From an uncultured Gammaproteobacteria bacterium (GTDB lineage: Bacteria; Patescibacteriota; Microgenomatia; UBA12405; JAHJSD01), in NCBI GenBank assembly GCA_964428655.1, contig CAYRYE010000001.1:137328-201327 (forward strand): a stretch of DNA of 64,000 nucleotides, given 5' to 3'. Under the pieces are notes generated by a model, which worked only from the letters and a program-made list of their open reading frames with translations, was not told where the DNA came from and did not search any database. This document shows, piece after piece, positions 9,175-18,730 of this stretch (positions are counted from its first letter, which is position 1; every line of letters starts with the position of its first letter). The position numbers and the translations under genes are program-made.

Positions 9175-10035
9175 TTGATGAATCAATTTAATAAAATCGC
9201 TGTTACTGGTGGTAAAGGCGGTGTTGGTAAATCAACAGTTTCTGTTTTGTTGGCCTCCCAATTATCAAAAAATGCGAGAGTAGTATTGGTTGACGCTGAT
9301 GTAGAATGTCCCAATGATTACTTTTTAATTGGTGAGAAGCTTAGTACCCAGGTTGAGAAAATTTGGGCCAAGTTTCCAATTTTGGTTAAGAAGAGATGCC
9401 AGCGTTGTGGTTTATGCGCCTTGAAATGTCGTTTTAATGCTGTTTTCGCACCTCAAAATAAATATCCCACCTTTGTTCATAAACTTTGCGCTAATTGCGG
9501 TTTATGCTGGCATATTTGTCCTGAAAAAGCAATTAGAGCGAAAAAGAAACAAACAGGAGAAATTTTTGAAAATAAAGTTAGTAAAAACTTGACCTTAATT
9601 ACCGGTAGGACAATAGGAGTGTTAGATGAATCCGGACCTGTTGTTAATGCTTTAAAAAATTATGCTTTAAATAAGGCCAAAAAATTAAAAGCAAAAATAG
9701 TTTTATTTGACACTGCTCCTGGCACCCATTGCAGTGTTATTCAGGCCCTTCTGGGTCTTGATTTTGCTTTTGTAGTTACCGAGCCAACTCCTTTAGGAGC
9801 CCATGATTTAAAACTGATTTTAGAGGTTTTGCAAAGAATTGGCGTCCCTAGCAAGGTAGTTCTCAACCAAGCTGATTTAGGTGATAGAAATTTAGTGGCT
9901 AAAATTACAAATAGGCTTAATACTGAAATTATTGGAGAAATACCATATTCTCGAGAAATTGTTAATTTGTATTCTCAGGGCAAACTTTTAGATTTTAAAG
10001 CTGCTCGAATTGAAAAATGGTTAAAGAAAAAGTAA
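9175..10035 (+). CDS. MinD/ParA-superfamily P-loop ATPase with inserted 4Fe-4S ferredoxin domain (COG1149-like).
   Basis: Deviant Walker A (TGGKGGVGKST) and two CxxCxxC-type clusters (CQRCGLCALKC, CANCGLCWHICP). Confidence 0.8.
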   Translation: MMNQFNKIAVTGGKGGVGKSTVSVLLASQLSKNARVVLVDADVECPNDYFLIGEKLSTQVEKIWAKFPILVKKRCQRCGLCALKCRFNAVFAPQNKYPTFVHKLCANCGLCWHICPEKAIRAKKKQTGEIFENKVSKNLTLITGRTIGVLDESGPVVNALKNYALNKAKKLKAKIVLFDTAPGTHCSVIQALLGLDFAFVVTEPTPLGAHDLKLILEVLQRIGVPSKVVLNQADLGDRNLVAKITNRLNTEIIGEIPYSREIVNLYSQGKLLDFKAARIEKWLKKK

Positions 10036-10907
10036 AAATTGCTGTTGCTTCCGGCAAAGGCGGGGTTGGTAAATCAATGTTTGCCTCTTGTTTGGCAATT
10101 CTTTTTGCTCAAGAAAAGAAAATAATTGCTGTTGACGCTGATGTTGATGCTCCCAATTTAGACATTTGGTTGGGAAAAGTGAAAAAATGGGATCAGATAA
10201 AAAAAATTTCTGTTTCTGAAAAAGCGATTGTTGTTAGGCAAAAACTCTCACTGTCCAAAGAGTGTTTAGATGTTTGCCAATTTGGCGCCTTAAGTGTAAA
10301 AAACAATAAACTAGCAGTCAATTCCTTTCTTTGTGAAGGTTGCGGCGCTTGCCAGATTGTTTGCCCCTCAGGAGCAATTGAGATGAAAGCGGTTATTAAT
10401 GGTGAAATTCGGATCAAAAGAAACCTTTTTAATTTTCCTTTGATTTCTGCCCAACTTTATCCTGGTGAAACTGGTTCTGGAAAAATTGTTGATGAAATTA
10501 AGCAAGAGGCAGAAAAATTTGACTATGATTTAATGATTATTGATGTTCCGGCCGGAACTGGCTGTCCAGTTATTGCTGCTTTGAAAGATGCCAATCTTGC
10601 CATTTTAATAACTGAACCAATGCCAGCTGCCTTTAGTGATCTGAGAAGAACATTGACTGTTGTCAAATCGTTTAATTTGGACTGGAAAGTGGTTCTTAAT
10701 AAGTGGGACATTAATCTCAAAGTGAGTGAGCGGATCATTGATTGGGCCGGCAATAGGTTTTTGGGCAAAATTAGCTATGATAAAAAAATTTTTCAAGCAA
10801 TTTCCCAATTAAAGCCAATAATGAAAACTAATTTGCCGGTTAAAAAGGAAATCGAAAAGATTTTTCAAGAGTTATCATTGAGTTTTAAGAGGAAAGGAGT
10901 AAAATAG
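10017..10907 (+). CDS. Second MinD/ParA-like ATPase with 4Fe-4S ferredoxin domain (paralog of the preceding gene).
   Basis: ASGKGGVGKSM Walker A; CLDVCQFGAL and CEGCGACQIVCP cluster motifs. Confidence 0.8.
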   Translation: MVKEKVKIAVASGKGGVGKSMFASCLAILFAQEKKIIAVDADVDAPNLDIWLGKVKKWDQIKKISVSEKAIVVRQKLSLSKECLDVCQFGALSVKNNKLAVNSFLCEGCGACQIVCPSGAIEMKAVINGEIRIKRNLFNFPLISAQLYPGETGSGKIVDEIKQEAEKFDYDLMIIDVPAGTGCPVIAALKDANLAILITEPMPAAFSDLRRTLTVVKSFNLDWKVVLNKWDINLKVSERIIDWAGNRFLGKISYDKKIFQAISQLKPIMKTNLPVKKEIEKIFQELSLSFKRKGVK

Positions 10908-10911
10908 CTTT

Positions 10912-12063
10912 GTGACTTTTCCAGTTAGAAAATTGCTTCACTGTTTTTTTAGTTTGTTTTTGTTTTTATCTTTAGCAATCCCTGTTTTTGCCAACCAAGA
11001 TTCAAAAGCAGTTATTTATTTTTTCTGGGGTCAAGGCTGTCCTCACTGCGCCAGGGAAGAAGTTTTTCTAAATGAATTGGCAAAGAAATATTCTAATCTA
11101 GAAATAAAAAGTTTTGAAACTACTCACAGCAGAGAAAACATTGAAATTGCTGAAGAGTTTAGAAAAAAATTAAATATTAAAAATCCAGGCATTCCTTTAG
11201 CTATCATTGAAGATAAATATTTTATTGGTTATTTAAGTGATGAAACAACGGGAAAGGAAATAGAAGCAATTGTTAAAAAAAGCTTGGGTATTTCTGACCA
11301 AGAGAAATTGGCTTTAAACAGAATTAACTTGCCTTTTTTAGGAGAAGTTAATATTAAGGATTTTTCACTTCCTCTCCTTTCTGTTGCTTTAGGGTTTTTG
11401 GACGGCTTTAATCCTTGTGCTATGTGGACCTTGGTTTTTCTTATTAGTCTTCTTTTGGGAATGAGAGATAGAAAAAGAATGTGGATTTTAGGAAGCGCTT
11501 TTATTGTTGCTTCTGCCTTTGTTTATTTTATTATTATGGCCGCTTGGTTAAATCTCTTTTTGTTTCTAGGATTTATTGTTTGGATCAGAATCATAATTGG
11601 TTTAGTGGCTTTAGGGACCGGCGGTTACAATATTCGTGAGTTTTTTATCAACAAACAGGGCGCTTGCAAAGTAACTGGCAGTAAAAAAAGGAAGGCAGTT
11701 TTTGACAAACTTCGTCAAATTACCCAAAAAAAGGAGTTTTTTCTGGCCTTAATTGGTATTATTCTTTTGGCTTTTGCTGTTAATATGGTTGAATTAGTTT
11801 GTTCTGCCGGGTTGCCGGCTGTTTTTACTCAGATTTTAGTAATCAATAATCTTCCGAAATTACAATATTATCTTTATCTTCTTCTCTATATTTTTTTCTT
11901 TATGATTGATGATCTTTTTATTTTTTTTGTGGCCATGACAACTTTAAAAATGTTTGGTATTGAAGGAAAATATGCTCGGTATTCTCGCCTGATTGGCGGC
12001 TTAATGATGTTGGTTATTGGTATTCTTATGCTTTTCAAGCCAGAATTTTTAATGCTTGGCTAA
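10912..12063 (+). CDS. Thioredoxin-fold domain (CPHC) fused to a DsbD/CcdA-like polytopic membrane domain; signal peptide/anchor at the N-terminus.
   Basis: FFWGQGCPHCAREE thioredoxin motif; the TM domain has two conserved Cys in NPCAMW and LVCSAGLP contexts. Confidence 0.55.
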   Translation: MTFPVRKLLHCFFSLFLFLSLAIPVFANQDSKAVIYFFWGQGCPHCAREEVFLNELAKKYSNLEIKSFETTHSRENIEIAEEFRKKLNIKNPGIPLAIIEDKYFIGYLSDETTGKEIEAIVKKSLGISDQEKLALNRINLPFLGEVNIKDFSLPLLSVALGFLDGFNPCAMWTLVFLISLLLGMRDRKRMWILGSAFIVASAFVYFIIMAAWLNLFLFLGFIVWIRIIIGLVALGTGGYNIREFFINKQGACKVTGSKKRKAVFDKLRQITQKKEFFLALIGIILLAFAVNMVELVCSAGLPAVFTQILVINNLPKLQYYLYLLLYIFFFMIDDLFIFFVAMTTLKMFGIEGKYARYSRLIGGLMMLVIGILMLFKPEFLMLG

Positions 12064-12081
12064 AAAGAGAACTAGCTTCTA

Positions 12082-12110
12082 TTGAACCTTGGGTAGACTA
12101 ATGATAAAAT
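12082..12110 (+). promoter_or_regulatory. Promoter for the tRNA-Val/Ile pair (TTGAAC, 17 nt, TAAAAT).
   Basis: TTGAAC at 12082-12087 and TAAAAT at 12105-12110, 12 nt before the tRNA 5' end. Confidence 0.4.
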
Positions 12111-12122
12111 TACTTTACTTTT

Positions 12123-12195
12123 GGGCGGTTAGCTCAGTTGGTAGAGTACCCGCTTGACGTGCGGAAGGTCAGAGGTTCGAGTCCTCTACCGCCCA
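12123..12195 (+). tRNA. tRNA-Val (anticodon GAC).
   Basis: Cloverleaf folded by hand: acceptor gggcggt/accgccc, T-arm agagg-ttcgagt-cctct, anticodon loop ttGACgt; no encoded CCA. Confidence 0.85.
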
Positions 12196-12230
12196 CTGCA
12201 CTCCGCCCGTAGTTTTGACACTAGGTAAGA

Positions 12231-12304
12231 GGGCACATAGCTCAGTTGGTTAGAGTGTCGTCCTGATAAGACGAAGGTCCCTGGTTCGAGTCCAGGTGTG
12301 CCCA
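12231..12304 (+). tRNA. tRNA-Ile (anticodon GAT).
   Basis: Acceptor gggcaca/tgtgccc, anticodon stem tcgtc/gacga, loop ctGATaa, T-arm cctgg-ttcgagt-ccagg. Confidence 0.85.
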
Positions 12305-12484
12305 CAAGATTTATTCTTCGTTTGGTGAGTAACTTGTGAGCTTGTCCTGAGGAACGAAAGGAGTCTTGCTCAGGAGCCAGTTAGAAAAAGCTAATTTTAT
12401 CAAGGTTGCCTAAGGTTGCACCAAGCGTCCAGTCTTTTTTATTCTCTAAGCGCCGAGAAAATAGATCTAAATATTTGTACTTGT

Positions 12485-12988
12485 TTAATAATATTGAATT
12501 TTGTCTAATCCTTCTTTAACACCAAGCCTTAACAGTCTGGCAAAGACCGTTGGATCTAAAGCATAAACAATAGCAAAAGAACTGGCGAAGATGATTACTG
12601 CCAGCCACCTGGTATATCGACCGCGGGTGCGGGTAAAAAGAACTGCTGACAAAGCAGCCATTACTGTCGGGGCAACAACCTTAATATCACCTAAGGGAAT
12701 AGCGTGACCGGCAATATATCGTTGTTCAGTACCTAAAAAACTGGCTAAATCAAAGCTGACATTGCCTAAAATAAATACAATCTCCAAGATAAAAACTATG
12801 AGCAACCCCCAAGAGGCACTCTTGGTTGATACTCCTTCGGTGCGATAAACTTCATAAAGAATAGTGGGAAGAAGAAAAAGCATTGTCATGAGCGGGTTTA
12901 GGGTATTAAGACCCCAAAGGACACCTACAGCTGCTAAAAAAGTAAGTCCTAAACAAATTGGCGTAGCGTATTGATAGGGTTTGGCCAT
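12485..12988 (-). CDS. Small polytopic membrane protein (167 aa, about 5 TM); possibly an ECF-type substrate-capture component or QueT-like transporter.
   Basis: Hydrophobic profile only; no diagnostic motif. Confidence 0.45.
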   Translation of the reverse strand: MAKPYQYATPICLGLTFLAAVGVLWGLNTLNPLMTMLFLLPTILYEVYRTEGVSTKSASWGLLIVFILEIVFILGNVSFDLASFLGTEQRYIAGHAIPLGDIKVVAPTVMAALSAVLFTRTRGRYTRWLAVIIFASSFAIVYALDPTVFARLLRLGVKEGLDKIQYY

Positions 12989-13086
12989 TTTGGCAATCTG
13001 CTTTTAATTAAATTCAGACTAACACCTTTTTTAATTGGCTACAAGGTTTTCTTTTAGAGCCTAGACTACTGTCTTAAGCGTACTTC

Positions 13087-13812
13087 TTGAGGTTTGCTCT
13101 AAATTTGTATTCTGATAAAATCTGCTATTGGATGTATAATGTTGTTTTTTTTGTTTTATTACTAATAACACCTTGGTTTTGGCGTATAGTAAAAATTAAT
13201 GTTTGGATCGCCCTTTTTGTTTTACTTGCTTTTTTAGCTGTGCTTTATTCAAGAAAATTTAGCAAGCTAGGATTCTTCTCAGTGTTTTTTATGATTATTC
13301 TTCTCGTTTTTCAACTGAAAACGACAAGGAAAACTGACTTTTTTTATCTGGATAATGATCAACAAAGAGTCCAACAAGTGAGATTGAGCGAATATCCTCC
13401 GATAAAGATAGATCTGGGGGGAAAGACAATTTGGTTGCCGGTGGGCTATTGGCTTGAAGGACGCCCAGAATCGATTGCCTTTTATCGAGCGAAACAGAAC
13501 TTTTTTGAGCTTGTTGATTCTAATTTGTATTTCTTTGCTAACCATCCCCGGGAAAGAGTAGGAGTTGAGGAATTTGAGAAGCTTCCTTATATTTTCCTAC
13601 CTTTCTTTATCGCCGGTTTACTTGTTCAGGCCAATAAAAAAAACTGGTGGCACTACTTATGTTTTCTAATCTTGCCGGTACTTATTTTGACCTTCTGGGG
13701 TAATGTCAGCGCGTTGGGACCTTTTTTACTGTTCCCATTTCTTATAATCTCTGTTTTTGACGGTTTTTGTTTTTTAATTTTGAAAAGAAGAGATGGAAGT
13801 AGAAAAAAATAA
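13087..13812 (+). CDS. Hypothetical membrane protein (the likely true start is an internal Met near 13133).
   Basis: Several TM segments and a coding-like frame that abuts the downstream GT-C gene. Confidence 0.45.
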   Translation: MRFALNLYSDKICYWMYNVVFFVLLLITPWFWRIVKINVWIALFVLLAFLAVLYSRKFSKLGFFSVFFMIILLVFQLKTTRKTDFFYLDNDQQRVQQVRLSEYPPIKIDLGGKTIWLPVGYWLEGRPESIAFYRAKQNFFELVDSNLYFFANHPRERVGVEEFEKLPYIFLPFFIAGLLVQANKKNWWHYLCFLILPVLILTFWGNVSALGPFLLFPFLIISVFDGFCFLILKRRDGSRKK

Positions 13813-15469
13813 AATATTGAACCTTGTATCTCCGGGTCTGTTAATAATTGCGGCTATTTTATTGTTCACTTATAAATTAGATAAAATACCACCGGGCCTA
13901 TATGTTGATGAAGCCAATATTGGCTATAACGCCTATTCAATTCTTAAAACGGGTAAAGATGAGTATGGCAAGAGCTTTCCGGTTTTATTTAGATTGTTCG
14001 GTTCTTATACCCCTGGTTTATTTATTTACTGTTTAGTTCCTTTTATCCGGTTGTTTGGATTAAAAGTTTGGACAATTAGACTATTATCTGTGTTTTCCGG
14101 GGTGCTACTGACGATACTTGTCTTTTTGTTTCTCAAATCAATAAAAAAAAGAAACAGATTGCTGCCTTTATTAGGAGCCCTTCTTTTTATTATTTCTCCC
14201 TGGACAGTCTTTTACAGTCGACTGGGTTATGAGGTAACTTTCGCTTTTGCTCTTTATAGTTTGGGTGTTTATTGGCTTTGGCTGGGGTTAAAAAGACCAA
14301 AATATATAATATTGGGGTTGATCACCCTCTCTTTTTCCGCTTATGGTGCGCATGCACAAAGGTATTTGGCTCCTCTTTTCATCCTTTCTTTTATGGTGAT
14401 TTTCAGTAAAAAGATTTTTAAAAAAAGCTATAAGAAATGGCTTTTGGCTGGTTTTCTTCTGGCATTTTTTATCCAAATCCCCCAGATTCTTCTTATTAAT
14501 ACTCCTGCATTTTGGAATAAGGGAGATATGTTTTATTCCGAGCGAGTTATCAGCTGGAGTCAGGACTGTTTAAGCGGCATTCCACCTTTTTTGGCTGTGC
14601 CGATTGCTTTTGGACGAGAATTGTTATCTCAATGGTTTGCTTATTACTCACCTCGATCACTCTTTTTTTTGCCTGACCCCGATTTACAAAGATCATTACC
14701 GGAGCTATCTGTTTTTTATGACTGGATGATAGTTTCTTATATTTTTGGTTTATTTATACTTTGGAAAGAGAGAAAAGAAGATTGGGCTAAATGTGTTTTC
14801 CTGTTGTTTTTTCTGGCTCCTCTTCCCACTGCTTTTGTGGGTGATCCTTTTTCTACTCAGCGAGCTTTGGCTCTTCTTTTTCCTATGATAATTATCATTT
14901 CCTTGGGGACTAATAAATTAATTTTTCACCTACAAAAATGTTGGTTAAGAGTAATTGTTCTGGGTGCATTAGTGGGTTATTCATTAATTTTTCTGTGGAG
15001 AAGTTATTTTGTTCTTTTTCCTCAAGAAAGAGCTGTAATATGGGGCCAGGGATATGAACAGTTGGCTGCAATTATCAAAAATAATCCTGATCAAAAATAT
15101 GTAATTGATCAGTTTAGAATGAAGCCTGTTTATATAGAGTTGCTTTTTTATTGGCAATACCCTCCGGGTAAATTACATAAAGAAGTTGATCAGGAAATTC
15201 TTAAGAATTATTACGGGTTAACAAAATTTAGTCCTTACTATAATATTGCCAATGTAGAAATAAGACCTATTGTTTGGGGAAACGATATATACAACGAGCA
15301 GATTTTAGTTGGCGATGAATTGTCAATATCTCCAGAACAAGCGATTGAACATTTTTTGAAAGAAACATTTGAAATAAAAGATCCGTTAGGTAATTTGATA
15401 TTCCGTGGTTATCTTACCAATCCGAAATTAAAGTGTGAGATTAACCCTCAAAACATCGAGTGTCAATAA
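13793..15469 (+). CDS. GT-C-fold membrane glycosyltransferase (ArnT / PMT_2 family).
   Basis: After TM1, the first loop YVDEANIGYNAYSILKTGKDEYGKSFPVLFRLFGSYTPGLFIY carries the DE acidic motif typical of ArnT/PMT-like enzymes; 558 aa, polytopic. Confidence 0.7.
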   Translation: MEVEKNKILNLVSPGLLIIAAILLFTYKLDKIPPGLYVDEANIGYNAYSILKTGKDEYGKSFPVLFRLFGSYTPGLFIYCLVPFIRLFGLKVWTIRLLSVFSGVLLTILVFLFLKSIKKRNRLLPLLGALLFIISPWTVFYSRLGYEVTFAFALYSLGVYWLWLGLKRPKYIILGLITLSFSAYGAHAQRYLAPLFILSFMVIFSKKIFKKSYKKWLLAGFLLAFFIQIPQILLINTPAFWNKGDMFYSERVISWSQDCLSGIPPFLAVPIAFGRELLSQWFAYYSPRSLFFLPDPDLQRSLPELSVFYDWMIVSYIFGLFILWKERKEDWAKCVFLLFFLAPLPTAFVGDPFSTQRALALLFPMIIIISLGTNKLIFHLQKCWLRVIVLGALVGYSLIFLWRSYFVLFPQERAVIWGQGYEQLAAIIKNNPDQKYVIDQFRMKPVYIELLFYWQYPPGKLHKEVDQEILKNYYGLTKFSPYYNIANVEIRPIVWGNDIYNEQILVGDELSISPEQAIEHFLKETFEIKDPLGNLIFRGYLTNPKLKCEINPQNIECQ

Positions 15470-15561
15470 GACTGTTAAATAAAAAGATACCCAGGACACC
15501 TGAAAGTGTGTTTATCTAGCTGTGTTAAAATTAACCATTGGTAGAATTATGATTACGAGTT

Positions 15562-16359
15562 ATGGATACGTTGTCGCAAGCAGAATACGAAAAAGGTGTT
15601 AATCTCGAGAGGAAGATCTTTTATTGTGTATTGGAAGAAATACAGTCTCATATATTTATTACACCGGATTCTCTGGAATATCGGGATTATCTAAGAGGTT
15701 GGATGGGAAAGGTTCGTCAAAATGAAGAGTTGAAAGAAGCGGTTTTTTTTCCTGTTGGATCCGTTGCCGCGGGGATGGTAAAAGAAGCTCAGGGCAGTGA
15801 TGTTGATGGCAATATTTTTTATAGTTGTAGTGAAGAACAATTTCCTAAAATTCAAGAGTTAATATTCAAAATTGAACCTCCTGAGGAGTATCAGCCTTTC
15901 TTTGTTTTTTCAAGGATAGATAATTATTTTGAAGATTTGGCTGAAGATATGAGGAGTGCCATTGCCGTTGACAGTCCTTATAGGCTTCGAGGGATAGCAA
16001 TGCTTTTTGCTCCAAGTTTGTCGGAACAGGCAAATAGAATGGAAAGGGAAAGAGTTGACGGGTGGCGAAAAAAAGCTTTGTCTTTGATAAATTCTTTGCC
16101 AGAAGATCAGAAAAAGGAAGCGTGGGAATTAATAACTCGTTTTTTGGAACAACAATTTGTCCATTATGAGGAAAGTGAAGGAGGAAATACGGGAAAAAGA
16201 AAAAAGAGGGTTGATGAGCGGATTGATGAGGTTGTAGAACAGAGATTCCCTGGGAATGGGGAAAAACAAAAAAGAGCGAAATCTTTTATTAAGACAAAGA
16301 GAAAAAGTTTCAAATATCTTTCATTTCAAGAAATGAAACGAGCGTATAATATTGTTTAA
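15562..16359 (+). CDS. Hypothetical soluble protein (265 aa, charged C-terminus).
   Basis: Clean ORF with codon usage like its neighbours; no family recognised. Confidence 0.45.
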   Translation: MDTLSQAEYEKGVNLERKIFYCVLEEIQSHIFITPDSLEYRDYLRGWMGKVRQNEELKEAVFFPVGSVAAGMVKEAQGSDVDGNIFYSCSEEQFPKIQELIFKIEPPEEYQPFFVFSRIDNYFEDLAEDMRSAIAVDSPYRLRGIAMLFAPSLSEQANRMERERVDGWRKKALSLINSLPEDQKKEAWELITRFLEQQFVHYEESEGGNTGKRKKRVDERIDEVVEQRFPGNGEKQKRAKSFIKTKRKSFKYLSFQEMKRAYNIV

Positions 16360-16406
16360 GTTTTTTCGAAGTGGAAGGTGTCTGCTAAAAAAGATATTAG
16401 TCTTGC

Positions 16407-17300
16407 TTGAATAGACGGGATTTGTTATATTTGAAGCAGAGAATGACAAAAAGAGGCTTGTTTGTATTAATTGCCGCCGTAGGTGTAATTGGTTTGCTTG
16501 TTTTTATCTTTACTGATGGATTGAGTAGTAAAAAAGCTGCTGTCCAGCTAAATGCTTATCCCAAGTCAACTGTTTATATCGACGGTAAGCAGGCGGGAAC
16601 CACTCCTTATGACAACGACGACATTAAATCAGGAGAGGTGGTATTAAAACTGGTTCCTGAGGCTGACTTTTCCGCTTCTTGGGAAAGAAAGTTAACTTTG
16701 AATCCGGAAACGCAAACAGTAATTAATTGGCAGTTTGATGCTAATTCTGACTATGAAGCTGGGGAGCTTCTTTATTTAGAAAAGACTAGTTTTAAAGACA
16801 AAGCTGGTTTAATAGTCAGCTGTTCTCCTGATTCTTGTTCGGTTACGGTTGATGGCCAAATGAGAGGTTTTGCCCCCTTGAATTTAGAAGATATTGGCGA
16901 GGGAAGTCATAAGATTTTGATTTCTCTGCCAGGGTATAAAACTAAAGAAATTATGGCCCGAGCCGTTAATCATTATCGCCTTGTAGCCGAGGTTAAATTA
17001 GCAAAAGAAACTGTTTCTGAGGAAGAGTTAACTGAAGAAGATGAAGAAGATAAGGAAGGGGAGAAAACCAGCGAGGAAAAAGAAGAAGAGATAGAGAGGC
17101 CTTATGTCCTTATTAAAGACACTCCAACTGGGTGGCTTCGAGTTCGGATGGGACCGGCAACAACGGCTACTGAAGCGGCCAAAGTTAATCCGGGAGAAAA
17201 ATTCCCTCTTTTAGGCCAAGAATCCGGTTGGTACGAGATTAGTTACGAGGATGAAAAAGAAGGTTGGATATCAGGCCGCTATGCCGAGAAATTCGAGTGA
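16407..17300 (+). CDS. Membrane-anchored protein with two PEGA-like domains, an acidic linker and a C-terminal bacterial SH3 (SH3b)-like domain.
   Basis: N-terminal TM; VYIDGKQAGTTPYDNDDIKSGEVVLKL and VTVDGQMRGFAPLNLEDIGEGSHKILISLPGYK resemble PEGA repeats; the C-terminal GWLRVRMGP...GWYEISYEDEKEGWISGRY resembles SH3b. Confidence 0.45.
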   Translation: MNRRDLLYLKQRMTKRGLFVLIAAVGVIGLLVFIFTDGLSSKKAAVQLNAYPKSTVYIDGKQAGTTPYDNDDIKSGEVVLKLVPEADFSASWERKLTLNPETQTVINWQFDANSDYEAGELLYLEKTSFKDKAGLIVSCSPDSCSVTVDGQMRGFAPLNLEDIGEGSHKILISLPGYKTKEIMARAVNHYRLVAEVKLAKETVSEEELTEEDEEDKEGEKTSEEKEEEIERPYVLIKDTPTGWLRVRMGPATTATEAAKVNPGEKFPLLGQESGWYEISYEDEKEGWISGRYAEKFE

Positions 17301-18328
17301 TTTTTCCTAATAATTCTTTTTAAACTGATAATTAGTATTGCCATCCCGGCAATTACCATCATAAAGGCCCATAATTTTTGTTTGCTGTTAAGGTTAAGCA
17401 CGATTACTCCCAAAATGGCTGAGAAGGCGCAATAAATAATAGCTACAGCCGGTTTTGACACTCCCACTTTCAGGAGTAGGTGATGGAGATGTTCAGCGTC
17501 TCCCCAGACAGGAATCTTTCCTCGCCGGAGTCTTCTGACGACTGCCCAAATACCGTCAACCATCGGTATTCCCAAGGTGAGGATAACAGTGGCTAATTTA
17601 GCTCCGGAAAGGATAGCCAGAGTGGCCAGAAATAATCCGGCCAGGCTTTTGCCGCTATATCCAGGCATAATTTTCTGAGGGTAGAAATTAAAAGGCAAGA
17701 ATCCCAGGTAGGCTCCGGTGACCGCGCCTGCCAGAATGACGACTGGCCATTGGGTTATATCTTGAGCAAATCTTAGGCTGAGCAAACCAATAACGAAGCT
17801 GGTAATAGCAACAAAACCAGGTAGTTGACCGTCAACCCCGGCTGACCAGCCGACTACATTCATGCACCAGACAATCCAAACCAAAGTGAGCAAATCACTT
17901 AATTTGAAAAACCCCAGATTTGTTTCCAGTTGTAAAATCCCCCCAAGGGGGTCAGTGATGAATTTTATACTAATGCCGGAGTTAATAATTATTAGGGCAG
18001 AGATGATATTAGTTATTAGCCGGATGTAGGGGTTGATTTCAAAAATGTCGTCTAGGGCGCCAAAAACTAAAGTGATAAAAGCGGCCAGAAGGATGGCTTT
18101 TAAGTGAGGGTCAACAGTGAGGAACATAAGGGCGGTAATGAAAACAGCCATAAAAATACTAATGCCCCCGCCTCGGGGTATAGGTTGATTATGAATATTT
18201 TTGGGGTGTTGTTTTTTTCGAGGGTCATCCAGCCAGCCCATTTTTTTGAAGATAAAGATGGTAATCGGTGTCATTGTCAAAGAGATTAAGAAAGAAATAG
18301 CCAACGGTTTAAATAGGAGAGCGTTCAT
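17279..18328 (-). CDS. Polyprenyl-phosphate phospho-sugar transferase, glycosyltransferase family 4 (MraY/WecA-like).
   Basis: DD motif (GALDDIFEI) and the PMVDGIWAVV...GDAEHLHHLL segment typical of MraY/WecA; 349 aa with 10-11 TM. Confidence 0.7.
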   Translation of the reverse strand: MNALLFKPLAISFLISLTMTPITIFIFKKMGWLDDPRKKQHPKNIHNQPIPRGGGISIFMAVFITALMFLTVDPHLKAILLAAFITLVFGALDDIFEINPYIRLITNIISALIIINSGISIKFITDPLGGILQLETNLGFFKLSDLLTLVWIVWCMNVVGWSAGVDGQLPGFVAITSFVIGLLSLRFAQDITQWPVVILAGAVTGAYLGFLPFNFYPQKIMPGYSGKSLAGLFLATLAILSGAKLATVILTLGIPMVDGIWAVVRRLRRGKIPVWGDAEHLHHLLLKVGVSKPAVAIIYCAFSAILGVIVLNLNSKQKLWAFMMVIAGMAILIISLKRIIRKNHSNFSA

Positions 18329-18334
18329 ATTATT

Positions 18335-18727
18335 TTAAGTTGCTAGAATGATAATCTTAACTAAAGTTATAGTTGAAAATAGAGCAACAATGGTGCTACC
18401 CCAAACAAGACAGATACTGGAGAATTTTTTCTTTTCAAAAAAGAAGGTTGCCAGAAAGATGTTGGTTAGCATGAATAGGAGAGAAATACTCGGCAGGACA
18501 AAAAGTGATTGAGGAGGCGTTAGCTGGGACTCACCCCAAGGCTGACTGTAATATAAAGGAACTTGAGGAGGAAGGCGGGGGAAAGAAAAGAAGATTAATC
18601 CTGCTTGAATCACGATTAAGATGATGGTTAATTGAATAGCTCGGAGGATTGATTTATCTATCCAAAGATGACCGAGATTGGTTAGAAAGGAAATTAAAGT
18701 TTTGCTGGATGACTTGATGACGGGCAT
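18335..18727 (-). CDS. Small membrane protein, hypothetical (130 aa).
   Basis: 3-4 TM segments; sits between the GT2 and the MraY-like gene. Confidence 0.4.
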   Translation of the reverse strand: MPVIKSSSKTLISFLTNLGHLWIDKSILRAIQLTIILIVIQAGLIFFSFPRLPPQVPLYYSQPWGESQLTPPQSLFVLPSISLLFMLTNIFLATFFFEKKKFSSICLVWGSTIVALFSTITLVKIIILAT

Positions 18728-18730
18728 GGG

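Noticed and set aside
12305-12484. Possible third tRNA or small RNA after tRNA-Ile (hairpin tcctgag...ctcagga and aaggttgc direct repeat)
   Set aside because: No cloverleaf, T-loop or anticodon arm could be folded. Most simply a terminator-like hairpin for the tRNA transcript and the converging membrane-protein gene.
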